Shown one piece after another: positions 1 to 13,076 of a stretch of DNA of 64,000 nucleotides. The stretch comes from Amoeboaphelidium protococcarum X5. Taxonomy: Eukaryota > Fungi > Aphelidiomycota. The notes below the pieces were generated by a model. It had not been told where the DNA came from. It saw only the letters and a program-made list of their open reading frames with translations, and did not search any database. How positions within the stretch are numbered: the first letter of the stretch is position 1; each line of letters starts with the position of its first letter. Location: positions 283,147 to 347,146 of the forward strand of contig JALDTO010000155.1 of NCBI GenBank assembly GCA_023515725.1, in the 5' to 3' direction. A program made the position numbers and the translations under genes.

Positions 1-1
1 C

Positions 2-190
2 GAAATGTATCTGGCAGAGGTGGACATCGTTCTGCCTGGAGATATGACGCTGAAAGAAGCGCATGATATTGGAGAGGACTTGCAAATCAAAATTGAATCG
101 CTGCCTGAGGTTGGTCGCGCCTTTGTGCATCTAGATTATGAAGGCACTCACAGACCTGAGCACTAGAACGCATTAAATAAAGGAAACTGA
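2..190 (+). CDS. 3' end of a cation diffusion facilitator (Mn-CDF/MTP-like), 5' partial
   Basis: Reads [49 protein letters not shown], a typical ZT-dimer C-terminus. One TAG is read as Gln and the frame ends at TGA 188-190. Confidence 0.88.
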
Positions 191-248
191 AAGCAGATTA
201 ATGAATCTAAATGGTGTATATTAAATATTAAGTTTTTCATTTAGCATT

Positions 249-1430
249 TCACCACAAGAATCTACTCTCTTTGATGTTATCTGGTGTATGTATATCGCGC
301 AATGTATCGCAGAGATCTTATACCAAAGGATCCTAAGAGCTCTCAACATTAAACAAACCAGATTAAGCCTAAGCCAATCTATAGCTTCTCTCCTGCCTTT
401 GCTTCAGCTCCAAGTTAACTCGATCGGCACTGTAATCTTGATCAGTGTAGAGAAGTGATGGAAAAGTTGAGATTCTATGGCTGTCCGCGGATGATTACAT
501 ACTGGCATTATCGGCAACGCATTATGCATCTTCCAAATCAGAGTTCCCTGCTTCAGCCTTAACATCTTTAATCGATTGGAGGTGATTAGTCTCATCTAAC
601 ATACTCGGTCTCTAGTAATGGACCCAAACCTTGACACCAACGACACCACTTCTCAGCAAAACTTTACTGAAACCATAATCAATCAAAGCTGATGCATCTT
701 GCTTTGGGCACGACCCGAGGATTAGATCAGACTTGGAGGCCATCTCCTCACCTTTCGGGCGACCACTTATACGCATACGCACTCCCAACACCGGCATCTC
801 AGTCATGCCAGGTTACAAAGCACGACGCGGTAACTTTGACTCTTTGAGACCGGGTATCATTTTGGAAACCTTATCGAAGATCATAGTGGAACCGACGCGC
901 TTCTTCAACATCTCACACGCCACCTGGGCCATAATCTCGGCGTTTCCTAAAGGTGAATCGAGCTGAATAATATCCAGCTTAGTTTTGACGCGTCCAGTAC
1001 GCAAATTATCATCTCGAACGCGCCCAGATGTACCAGGTGCTTAAAATTGACCAAATACCTTACTCAGTGATCCTTCAATCTGCGGCCAGTTGATCTTCTG
1101 CGCGTCTTTATCATTGTAAACGAATAGCCGAACCAGATTGCCAGCGACTGCTCTATAAACTAGCGGTGTGGAGATGTAAACACTCTTCTCATGCAGGTAT
1201 CCTTCAATAAACTTTTTAAGCTTCAAATGCTATATATTGTACGATGCATAATGAGCGCTCATCGACGCGCCTTCAAGCGGAACGAACATGTTGTTGTAAA
1301 ATGGACGCGCGTAATTTCTATCAATAGGGATATTACTCTATTAATTTAGACGCATTATTATAGGATTCTTTTCCTACGATGCCCATCGCTTTGACTAAAT
1401 TACTCGCACAGCTGATATCTACTTGTTCAT
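249..1430 (-). CDS. rps3: Nucleus-encoded mitochondrial ribosomal protein uS3 (393 aa)
   Basis: Three track ORFs fuse in frame. Presequence-like MNKQISAVRVIQSKRWAS is followed by QEKNPIIMRL (S3 N-terminal motif) and GVRMRISGRPKG...IDYGFSKVLLRSGVVGVKVWV (S3 C-domain). Ends at TGA. Confidence 0.85.
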
Positions 1431-1708
1431 TGTAAGACGACTAATATAATGGTTTGATATCGTCGCCCAATAAATAAGAAAGTTTGATTGAATGAAGAAC
1501 CAGCGAAAGAATCCCGCGTAGAAACTAACAGAGAGCCGCGTTACCTCGTTTGTGTTACTTTATAACACAAGGTTACCACGAAACTTGATTCACGTTAAAC
1601 ACACTCGCTGATAGAAAAATTAAAACTATACCAAAAGTCGATATTCTTACGATTAAATTAACCTGTATTCAACATCAATTACATTTACTTGGACAAAATT
1701 CAAATTAT

Positions 1709-2638
1709 TCAGTCAAAGGAGCCTTGGCGAATCCAAATATTTAAACCAAACTTCTCACCATCGCCTATAATAGGACTTCCGCCGTGCTTGGTCAATGGAT
1801 CTTCCTTTTAATCAGCATCAGTGTTGTACCAGAACGCAGCATCACCCAGTCTTGCAGGGACATCGACATCAATCTCTGGGAAAGAGGTAGCACCACCATG
1901 TTTCTCCATGTCAACAGTGTTTAAATAGGCAAAGATTGTGATTTCTCTCTAGCCACCGCGACTCAGCTCATTGTCTCCTCCAGAGCCATCGCGTTCGAAC
2001 CAGTCATAATGAGGCTCATACTTTTAACCTTCGCGGTACCAGACAACCTGCAATGGCTCAATATTTGGGACAGGCTTATTGACAAATCTAGATACACGCT
2101 ACTCGATACACTTTACCACCTTGTCGTGAGATCTCTGAAGGAAGGCACTATGGCTAGTACGACCCTCATGAACATAATTCTCATCGCCGACAACAGTGCT
2201 GCGAACAAAGAGCGGTCTTGCGACTTCAATCAGATGCTGAGCTTCACCAGGCGTCAACAAATCGCGCAAGTACATCATGAATGGCTTACGGCGCATCAGG
2301 TTGACACCAAAAGTAAAATTCTCCTTGCACTTGTATCTGTGAGTGAATACCAGATCATTGAAAGAGCCATCATCATTCCAACTCCCGACAGGATCAACGA
2401 GAGCCGTCATTGACGTAGCTGTTTCAGGTGCAGCATAAAGCGCCAGCTTAGCCAACTGCAACTTGACATTTCTACTAATCGCCTGAGGAATCTAGTAGTA
2501 ATTCACCATGGTCATCAGAGCAAATACAGCCACTGCAGTGTATATATAACCAGCGAAATTTCTCCAGAAGCCACCTTAGTTGGCAGCATAGGCCACAGAG
2601 ACACCAGGCGACTATGAGCGTGATCTTGATCTTCCCAT
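1709..2638 (-). CDS. Prolyl 4-hydroxylase (2OG-Fe(II) oxygenase) with N-terminal signal anchor (309 aa)
   Basis: Motifs GRTSHSAFL, IEPLQVVWY, YEPHYDWF (HxD), GGQREITIFAYLN, TKHGGSP and EKFGLNIWIR, plus a hydrophobic segment near the N-terminus. Single frame from ATG to TGA. Confidence 0.9.
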
Positions 2639-3311
2639 TTTTTTAAAATTAAATGCTCAGATAATATTAAGAGAGTTGCTGCAGCAAAGTTATTTACAAT
2701 ATTTAAAAAAGAAAAGTTATAAAAGTAGTGATAGTGTAAAGTTATCGCTCAGAGAAATTAAACCAATTAAAAGAAGCCGCTGTGATTGGTCAAGACTGTG
2801 AGGCTGAATTCTTCTAGTGACATGAATCAAAAGGAGTTAGTCTGATATTTCTGATATAGAGCAAATGCGAACCGCTGTATTTGTTCATCTAAATTTAAAC
2901 TCAGTATAATGTTGATTTAATAAATTTTTCTTTTCATGAAGAGGAAGCGATTTCAGCCTGTTCATTTAAGGGATACGTAACGCGTAGGTCAGCGATTATC
3001 GTCATTCTTACCTTCCCATATTACCAACAAGAAGTGCTACTATAAGTTGAGTATTTATTACTTAATTTAAGTAGATTTAGGTTTTAAGCTTTTGTAATTA
3101 AGTTTTTTAATAATTTTTTATAACACATATGATAAACGTTACTTACACAATGGCCAAGGAGAATTTAGGGCGCGATAGAGTCTTAAAAATAGGCCTGGCC
3201 TCTTTCCATCTTCTCTACCCTTAGTATACGCCCAGCCCATTATTACGTAATACATACAGCAAATATAAGCGCTATTGTTTATTACGATTATATAATACCT
3301 ACACTATATAC

Positions 3312-5903
3312 ATGAGCCTTAAATCTGCGATAATGGATATTGAAAGCTAGCAGCATCCTGCTTCGGAGATTTATCATCATAATCATCACTACTCATTTCC
3401 GACAGGTCACCACGACATGATCAGATCTGTAAGCGTCTCCCCTGAGCTGCCTGGAAAGCGGCCCACTGAGTCATATCGTGCTATACAATAATTTTCACGA
3501 TTTAAGGCGTCCATACAGCGATATGATAAAGTTTACATTCGCGGATGGCTTACTCCGATATTGCTGTCAGTTATTTGCTGTGCTGTTTTCTGCTTGTCGT
3601 TATTTTTATCATCCTTATCGATAGTCTACAAATATCAATCTATATATCCTGGAAATGGAGTAATTGCTGGTGTTTGGATGCTGATATTAGAATATTATAG
3701 AGTGCAAAAGTCACGATAGGGAGTGACAGTGAGAATGCGTAAAGAATTAGAGCACAGATCACGGATATATCAAGTAGTGTGCATCTCCTCTATGTTCATC
3801 ACGTATTTCATATATTACGCAGTGTCAACTGATCCGTTGTCGAGTATAATATTTTCAGCTATCACATTGGGAGAAGCCGCTATCATTGTCGGAACTATGA
3901 GCTACGTAACTCACAAATTGTAGAAGAGCTATCGCCTCACAAGTCGCCGAGTGGCTTTTGCGCTGTTTTTGACTTTAGGCGTGGGTGCGACTATCAGTGC
4001 TCTGATTGCTGCGGCGTATCTATCGGCTGGATCACAAGAGCCTTATGCATTCAGTTCTCATTTTGGTCGATGGCTTCTGAGTGATTCTTTAATCAAACTG
4101 ATTGTGATACCGTTCATCCTATCGCTGGACTTTTCTCTAGTGACCATTTAGAATATGCGTGTGTATAAATGGCGAGTTTTGCAAGTTTTGGTCTATTGTG
4201 CTTGTACTGTTTGTATGCAGATTTTCTTGCCTGCGCTTCTGGCATAGAATGCTCTGTTCTAAGGCAGAGTCAACAGCGATTTTGCTATTTATGTTTCTTT
4301 TCCACTGGTTTTGGTGTGTGGTTCATTGATGGGCAGTTTTGGATCTACGCTTGCAGTCCTGGCACTCACTGTCAGTTTGGTTAATTAGCTAGGTGATCCT
4401 TCTATGTACTATTCAGGTATGCGCCTCTTGGATATTCCCGGTTTCCGTTTGATTGCTAGAATGCAAATCTTTATCGTAATAATTCTGCTCACTACCACAG
4501 CTTTTAACATCACACATTTTGAGAAAAATGAAGCTCTTTAATAAGCTCTAAAGTCAAAATTAATGGCGGAATAGACCAATAAGATGAAGACAATGTTCAT
4601 GTCATTTCTCTGTCATGAACTGCGTAATCCCCTCCATGCAATCACCAACATTATAGAGTTTATGAAGGAGGATTCTGGTATCCAATAAAAGGAGTAACTG
4701 GAAGAGGGTCTTATGTAATCTGCTAATTATATGAGTCGCCTCATAAATGATGTGCTCGATTCTGGAAAGTTTGAAGCTGGCAAAGTGACCTTAGAAAGTC
4801 TTCCCGTGGATGTAAAGTCTATAACGCGTCACATTATCCGACCTATGGAAGAATTGGTGAAGAAAAAGTCTATTACCTTGTAGACTTTTATAGACGACAC
4901 CTTACCTGATGAAGTCATGCTTGACTCCATGCGATATCAGTAAATCGTCTAGAATTTGCTGTCCAATGCTTACAAGTTTACGCCCGTTGGGGGTGAAATA
5001 TCATTTTCTTTAAAATTGATGAATGAAATAAGTAGAGATGTCGATGATCTTGGCACTAGAGTTCTCTGTATTAATGTCAAAGATTCTGGAATTGGTCTAT
5101 CTCCAGAACAATTGTAATACCTGTTTGTGCCATACACGTAAGCATCGCTTTCTACCACTAGATAATACGGAGGAACGGGGCTCGGTTTGTCAATCATTAA
5201 GCAAATCGTTGATTTAATGCGTGGATCCATCAATGTTGACAGTTCACCTGGAATGGGTACGAGTTTTACTATCGACCTTCCACTTGCTGTTGAAAATGCT
5301 GTAGATTCTCCAGATGATGAGATTTTATAGTAATCTGAAGTCATGCAGATGGAGACTCAGGCGACCCAGTAGATTTAGGATGATTAAAAGAGCGATTCGG
5401 TTAAAATACCTGTTACACTAACAAAAAGTCATATAGTAAACGTGACTTCATAGCCAATTTTGGAGCCATAGACTTCGACTACACCTAACATTAATGTGCC
5501 ACCTAAAACAGTGCGAGCTCTTGTTGTCGATGATGCTGATATAAATAGAATGATACTGTAGAAGTAATTGTAGTAAATAGGCGTTTAAGACGTGGTAGCT
5601 TGTGAAAATGGCCTCGAAGCGTGTGATTAGTTGAGGAATGGTTGTTTTGACATCGTGTTTTTGGATCTTCATATGCCAGTAATGGATGGATCTGAGGCTA
5701 TTAAGGTTATCAGAAATGAGCTCCATCTGGGAAAAGATATTCTCCCTGTAGTGGCTGTTACCGGTAACCATGTCACCGACTCAGAGTCTGCTAGCAAGTT
5801 CAACTTAGAAGAGTTCAATCAAGTCGCGTCCAAGCCGTTTCGTAAAGAGGATTGCCGTAAAATTTTGGTAGAATACAACCTAATTTCCCAAGATACAGTC
5901 TGA
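3312..5903 (+). CDS. Hybrid histidine kinase 1: MASE1-like multi-TM sensor, HisKA, HATPase, receiver (863 aa)
   Basis: H-box [10 protein letters not shown] (His codon 4614-4616), [23 protein letters not shown] and receiver LVVDD...[12 protein letters not shown]...KPF. The TM region has YPGNG, WLLSDSL and SFPLV (MASE1-like). Intronless. Confidence 0.92.
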
Positions 5904-6199
5904 TGTGAATAAATTAACAATGCATTAGATTTAAAAATACAATTAGTTATGTTTACATTTAAAATTTGACTTGTAACTATTACTTTTGGCTATCCCCGCA
6001 GTTTGTCGATAAATCTCCGATGATCCAATCTGAGGATCGGGCGATTGACTCATCGGCTGGCGATGAATCACAATTGGGGCAAGTGTTGGTGTAAAAGTTC
6101 GCATGCACATTCATCAACCGAAGTGAGTAGTAAATTCTACACGGAGATACACTGATATTCATTCATCTCGATTGTTGACTGCTTGTATTATCGACCAAA

Positions 6200-9016
6200 A
6201 TGCTACTAAATGACGACGAAGAAAGGCAGAGTTGCCGCACCTATGAGATCAATGGATCGGCAGGTGTCCTCACTGAATCTGGTGGTGGACAGACATAATA
6301 TTAGTAATAGTAAATTCCTCTTAAGCAGATCAATATGAAGCATGATTGTATCATCTCCGATACGTCATTACGCAATACAATGCCTAAATGGGAGGTGAAA
6401 ATAAGAGAATGGTAAAGGAGATATCATGCTGCCGATGCAAGGTGTTACTACTGGCTAAATCCTTTTGTGGTGGCTGTAATTTCTGCGCTATTCTTCGTAC
6501 TGCTCTCCGTCATGGCATCCTACTTTTTATTTCATTAGTTTAATTACTCCTTCCCGATAAATGCCGTCATTAGTGCCAGCTGGCTGAAGATACGAGAAGT
6601 ATTTCTGCGGGCGGAGTTGCGTGCCACAACTGATCTTGAGAAGAAGTAGATTCGTAATCGTGGTTATCGAACACTAGGTCTCTCGATTCTGTTTATGCTC
6701 GTGGCTTTTTACATCAATTTGTCTCTGTATAACCTATGGTATATATCTCTATTTTATACGCTGCTCATTTTTCTGGAGGATGTTGGTATTGTGCTCAGTG
6801 TTATTTACATTGGATGTCCTATTATTAATGGGCGCCGTACTTATGCTAAATTGACGTGTCGCCGTACTTGTATTACGCTGTTAATCTCAGTGTTGGTGTC
6901 GGTGGCTATTGTCGCTGTCCTAATTGCAGTCACTGTTCTATATATAAGAGGATACTCGAATGCGAGTGCTGGCTTTATTATTGGGCAGTGGACATCTTAC
7001 GACTCTTTGTTCAAGCTGATTGTCATTCCATTCGTTTTATCTATCCACTTTTCCATCAAAACTATCAAGAAATTTGAGACTTATAAGTTAAGGGCTCTGC
7101 TATTGCTATTAAACTGCACTTTTATCATCTTGATGTAGTATTATCTTCCTAGTCTCTTGTAGTAAACTGGATTGTTCACCGGGCGTTCTGCTTACGATGC
7201 TGCAGAGTATTTGTCATTCCCATTCATTATATTTAGTGGATTTTTGATGCAGAATTTTGGTTCTTCGTTATCGATTCTAGTCCTGGCAATCACCGCCGCG
7301 TCTAATACTATTTATGGTGAAGATGGGTCCTCATAGCGGTCTCCGTCTCAGCGTAGACTATCAGATTTTTAAATATAGAATCTGATACGACTGCAGATCT
7401 TTCTATTCGTGATGATCGTCACCAGTATGACATTCGATATAATCCAGTTTGAGAAGGCGCGTGCTTTAAAGCGTGCAATTGATGCTAAATTGGCCCAGGA
7501 GAAGGCGAATATTTAAAAGTCTATTTTCATGAGCTTTCTCTGTCATGAATTGAGAAATCCACTCCATTCGATCACTAATATGGTCTAGTTTTTGGAAGAA
7601 GATTGTGCTAGTCCTTCCAAAGGTCGCCCGTCATTTAATCAATAGATTATGCACGGCGATCATGTTAAGGAGAAGAGAGAGATTACAGACGCCATCAGCA
7701 TCGCTGCCAAGTATATGTCTGATTTGATTAATGACGTTTTGGATACTGGCAAGTTTGAAGCTGGCAAGGTTAGACTCGAGAAGCTGCCTGCCAATGTTAA
7801 ATAAATATTAACTTCTATTCTTGTGCCTATAAAAGAGCAAGTGCGGGCGAAGAATATCTCTCTAAGCGTTTGCATATCTGATGCCATTCCGGATTATCTA
7901 GAGACTGACTCCACAAGATTTTAATAAATTATATCTAATCTTCTATCTAATGCTTATAAATTCACTGCTCCTGGTGGTAAGATTACTTGCTAAATGTATT
8001 GTCTCACTCCGTCAAAGTAGTACGATCAGAAATTGCCAGCTGATGCTTACACAGATCTGCACATTAAAGTGATCGATACGGGTATTGGAATGTCTCAAGA
8101 AACGTTGGATAATCTCTTTGTGCCGTATGTGCAAGCATCCGTGTCCACCTCGCGAGAATATGGCGGTAGTGGGTTGGGAATGTCTATAATTAAACAGATC
8201 ATTGATCTAATGAACGGAAGTATATCTATTTCCAGTGAAGAAGGTGTTGGGTCGTGTTTTAGTGTTGTTATTCCTCTAAAAATAGCCAATCCACCACCTT
8301 CACTTGACACGCTACGCAACAAGATGTCTGCATCTAATATGTAGGATGTATGTTTGAGTCCAATACCATCTGCTTAAGAGATTGAGTTGAAGCCTCTGCA
8401 AAAATTAAAGACTGAGATTCCTACAAGTCCATTGCCTTAGGTATAGTCATCTGATCTCGCAGTGACCAACTCGAATAAAGTTGCAGATGGTAGTGACACT
8501 GCACCTGCCTTATAGCCTCGCAGTAGCTCAACATTAACACCGGCATAATCGGCGGATGTTTTATCTCAGGACCAAGTGTAGCCTTACTAAAAGTATAAGG
8601 TGAAATTGGTCGTGGTTGATGATTCATTGATAAACCGCAAGATTATGGTGAGAATGTTGAACTCCTTAGGATTTAAGAACATCGATCAATATGAAAATGG
8701 TTTAGAGGTTTGCAATGCTCTAGAAAAAGATTCAGATGTTGCATTAGTGTTTATGGATTTACTGATGCCTGTCATGGACGGATCTGAAGCTGTTCTGCGA
8801 ATACGTAATGAACTTCATCTGGATAAGCAGAAGGTACCCGTTGTAGCCGTTACAGGAAACTTCATTGCCACTTAGTAGACTAATGGTAATGGAGATGGCG
8901 TCGCGGATGATGGCAGTCAAGTTGATTAGGGATTGAAAGAATTTAATTTGATAGTTGGCAAGCCGTTCGTCAAGGCTGATTGTGTCAAAGTCATGGAGAA
9001 GTTCAATCTACTTTGA
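6200..9016 (+). CDS. Hybrid histidine kinase 2, tandem paralogue of kinase 1 (938 aa)
   Basis: H-box [10 protein letters not shown] (His codon 7544-7546), [23 protein letters not shown] and receiver VVVDD...VFMDLLMPVMDG...KPF. TM region shares the DSLxKLIVIPFxLS motif with kinase 1. Confidence 0.92.
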
Positions 9017-9182
9017 CCCAAACGCGTCAATTGGGCTCTTCTTTATAGTGATATTTTTGCCTCACACGATAAAAGAATAAATGCATTTTGTTTAGGTACG
9101 TCTATAATTAATATATTTCCATCTTTAATTCTATTATTATCGATGATGATGCTTATGTCAGCAATCTCTTTTACTCGCTTCG

Positions 9183-10261
9183 ATGACCGCTCTTACATCA
9201 ATCATAGTCCTTGCGCTTGCTGTTGCGATATCATTTTATCTCAACTAATATTAACGAGATATTCTTTCATATTTTAGTAAAAATATTAATAATCAGCATC
9301 TATTAAAAGCGATGACATCAAGAAAAGTATTAAAGGCTATATTGAGCCGTGAGCAGGGTGAAGGTGTTGGCGCCAAGGTTCGTCGATCTATTGGACGCCC
9401 AGAGTTGCGTAACTTTGATCCCTTCCTGATGCTGGATGAATTCTCAGTTGGTCCACCCAGTGGTTTTCCAGATCACCCACATCGTAAGTTGTTCGCATTG
9501 AGGATTTTTCAATTAATCATCATATATATATAAATTATTTATGTGTAGGTGGATTTGAAACAGTCACGTATTTGCTGAGTGGTCGATTCGCGCACGAGGA
9601 CTTTGCCGGGCATAAAGGCGAGATAGGTCCTGGTGACTTGCAATGGATGACAGCTGGCAGAGGTATTGTGCATGCTGAGATGCCACTGCAGCCGTCTCAT
9701 GGCCTTTAATTGTGGGTCAATCTGCCCAAGGTTGAGAAGATGTGTGAGCCGCGTTATCAAGAACTGAAAGCTCAGTAGATTCCATCAGCATTTCCGTTTG
9801 GCCCTGATGGTAAAGTGGAAATCAAAGTGATAGCGGGCGAAAGTTTCGGAGTTAGTAGTCCAGTGTATACAAAGACTCCTGTTTACTATTTGGATGTTCA
9901 GGTTAAGGATGTGGCCGCAGAATCGTTCGTGTAGCAGCTACCGCCTGGTTGGAATGCATTTATTTACACGCTAGCTGGTAAAGTAAAAGTTGGTGAGAAT
10001 GAGACTGTATGCGAACCTCATAACACTGTGGTACTAAGTAACGAAGAAGGTCAGACTTGCGTTAAGTTTACTCCGACAGGCGAGGCGGCGCATTTCGTAA
10101 TCATTGCTGGCAAACCTCTGAATGAACCTGTTATTCAGCATGGTCCATTCGTGATGACTACTCAGCAGGAGATTCAAGAGACGTTTGCTGATTATCAGTA
10201 CGGGCGGAATGGGTTTGAACGCGCTCCTTCCTTCAAAAGCTCCATATCAAAGTCACATTGA
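9183..10261 (+). CDS. PIR: Pirin (cupin superfamily), one intron 9484-9548
   Basis: [38 protein letters not shown] (rebuilt across the intron), [14 protein letters not shown] and HGPFVM. Start is ATG 9312, or ATG 9183 which adds a hydrophobic leader. Confidence 0.95.
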
Positions 10262-10629
10262 TATTGTTGCACTGCGGTCGGCGATTGATTTTAAGATAAA
10301 TATGAATAAAGCATTTAAACTGCTAACTGGCAGTTCTAGCACTTTCCTCTTTTACATCGTCTTTCTAAAACGCGCCCTGAACGTCTCTGCTGTTTCAGCC
10401 CATTATACAGTACGAAACAGAGTGTCTGTCTCTCTTTCTGACCAGTTTCGCCGCGCCGTGCTGTTGATGTGAAACGGCCGCGGTTTCTCTTTTGTTGAAA
10501 CAACAACGACCAAAACTTCGTGACCATTTCCTGTTGCTCTTTGTCTTTCTATTGAAACTGTTACTTGAATTGTATCTTTCATAACGTTGTATCTATCACT
10601 ACTTCCTACTATCTAATTAAATCTATTAT

Positions 10630-11672
10630 ATGAGAATGCCTACCAGACGTGGTAAGTATTTTTACCATTTCGTTTTAATATTGATATAGGCTCCCGCAAA
10701 CGGACTAATGTAGCTAGAGAAGAGGTTGAGGCTGTTGAGGCCCAGAATGCTGTTGGTCAAGTGTCTCCTGCAAAGAAGGGACGTAAAGCTGCTGCTGCCT
10801 CCCATGGTTCTTCACCAGCTGCCAAGAAGCAGAAGGCAGAGGCTCAGCCACAGTCTCCAGAGAAGAAGCAAAAGAAGACTCCGGCAAAGAAGGATGCTCG
10901 TGAGGCTGGAGCTGCTCCAGAGTACAAGGAACAGTTTGGTTCAGTTATGAGTGAAATTGACCAGTTTGGCAACAAGATTCAGAGATAGGTACTGGCTGCT
11001 CCTGTGCCTGCCATTGTCAAGAAGTAGGATCCTGTGAAGAGTGCCAAGCGTAAGGCTATTGTCTCGGAAGTTCGCCGTATCAGCAGTGTTGACCTGTTGG
11101 ATGTGAATGACATGGATGTTGAGGGCGGTGCTCAGGAGATTCTCAAGCCTCAGGTTGTCAAGCAGAGAGTGAAGGCTGAGAAGTCCAAGAAGAAGGAAGT
11201 TGTGAACAAGAAGAAGAAGGCTGTGGTGGGTGAGATTGATCAGCTGGGTGATGTAGGTGTCAGAAAGTTGCTGCATCCAATTAAGAGCAAGAACAAGGCT
11301 GCTGCTCGTGGTAAGGCTGGCAAGAAATCGAAGACTGCTACTAAGTCTGTGGCTCAGAAAGTCAAGAAGGTGATTGTTGACACTAAGGAACTGGCTACTC
11401 AGACTTTCAATGAATTGACTGAGATTGTTAGCCCTTCTGCTCACCACCGACCATCTGCTGTGAAGTCAAAGCTTGACTCGAAGAAGTTGAAGAAGCAGGT
11501 GGAGGCTGAGATGCTCAAGGCCACCACTGTCAGATAGATCAAAGTGTTGGGTAAAGATGGAATTAAGCAAGTGATTCCTAACCACGTTGAGATCAAGTAC
11601 TCGGACTCCATGTAAGTGGATTCTAAACCTTCCAAGAAGACTAAAGGTGGTAAGAAGTAGAAGGGAATGTGA
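10630..11672 (+). CDS. Lys/Ala-rich basic protein with S/T-P-x-K motifs (histone H1-tail-like), intron 10652-10689
   Basis: Continuous frame after a 38-nt GT-AG intron. Contains SPAKK, SPEKK, TPAKK and SPAAKK, shows strong AAG/GCT codon bias, and ends at TGA 11670-11672. Confidence 0.75.
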
Positions 11673-11849
11673 ATCGTATGATGTTTATGGTGTGATTATA
11701 ATATGAGATGAATTTATAATGTGTTGTTATATCGATGATTTAATCAAAGTGATTTTCTATTGTGTGTTTTATTTTATACGGCCCTGATTAAATGGTTGAT
11801 AGCGAATATCCTCCTCCTAGTACCAAAGTCGTTCTAATAAGAGTTGAAA

Positions 11850-12694
11850 ATGACTTTCAATGGAAGAAATATATTTGTGGTGGCTCTTAGTGGCGGCAGT
11901 TGCTCTGGAAAGACTACAATTACCAGGCGGCTTAGAGATTAATTTTTACATAACAACTCTTAAAATGATTAATCTATTGAGGTCCATATTGTGCATTAGG
12001 ATGATTACTATAAGGTTTGATTTTATTCTCCGCTTTTAATATATGAGTACATTGTGTATAAAGTATTCAAGTGCTATATATGTAGTCAGAATCGATGATC
12101 CCTGCGGTAACTTACGTGGACAACAATGGTGTATCTCGTACGGAATAGAATTGGGATTGTCCTGGTGCTTTGGATACTCAGAGGATGCTGGCTGACTTGT
12201 AGAAAATGATTAAAGATATTGAATAATAAGTGCCAAATTACGGTACCAGGAGACACGTTATAATAGTTGAAGGATTTCTGGTGTTGCATCCCTGTTGTCT
12301 TCTCCTACCTCTATTTGATGCCAAGATTCATCTACACGTTCCTCTGGATGTGATGCTTAAGCGCCGCTCTGGTCGAGAATACGAAATTGTAAACTCTGAC
12401 GGTTAAGGTATTCATTCATTAGTTTATTAGGTGTTTTTTACTTATATTATTATGGAAATTGTTTAAACTTTAAATGATGGTGTAGACGCGTTTTGGGCGG
12501 ATCCAGAGGGTTATGTTCAATGCGTCGTGTTTCCAGAGTATGAACGATACATGGCTGAACTATCTCAGTAGTCTTAGAATGACCTCAAAATACTCAACAC
12601 CCAAGACATGAATCTAGATCAAGTATATGAATCTGTTGTCAAGTCATCACCAATTAATTAGTATTTAACTGCTGTAACGAACAATGACTTTTGA
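11850..12694 (+). CDS. NRK1: Nicotinamide riboside kinase-like P-loop kinase, introns 12015-12085 and 12408-12485
   Basis: VALSGGSCSGKTT, VHQDDYYK, NWDCPGALD, IVEGFL and FWADPEGYV. Spliced length 696 nt. The supplied ORF track does not show this frame. Confidence 0.85.
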
Positions 12695-13076
12695 ATGATT
12701 AATTAATACCATAGATGATAGACTATTGCGACGCGTTTCGCTTAAATTGATCAAGTTTTACTGCATGTTAGAAATGATATTGCAAACTGGTATGTCCTCC
12801 TTTGGATATACATTTCTCGTTATTATGATTATTATGATTATAATGCGCCTGGTATGAATATCGCTGAGTGCCCTCACTTTCAATCCACCCAAGTTAAGTC
12901 TCATGCTCATCTATTTTTAGAGTGCCGGTTGCCATGATTCTGTTGCTTAAAAGTCTTAGAATAGTTTTATAGAAACCGCAGTTAATGAATCTTTTATATA
13001 CGAAAGCCTTGGTTGACAATAGTTAAAAGAAGATATTTGATCATTAAATATATTCAACCATTATCTGCAATACAAA

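Noticed and set aside
3312-9016. Bacterial contamination or a prokaryotic two-component operon
   Set aside because: Both kinases use TAR=Gln like their neighbours and sit among intron-containing eukaryotic genes.
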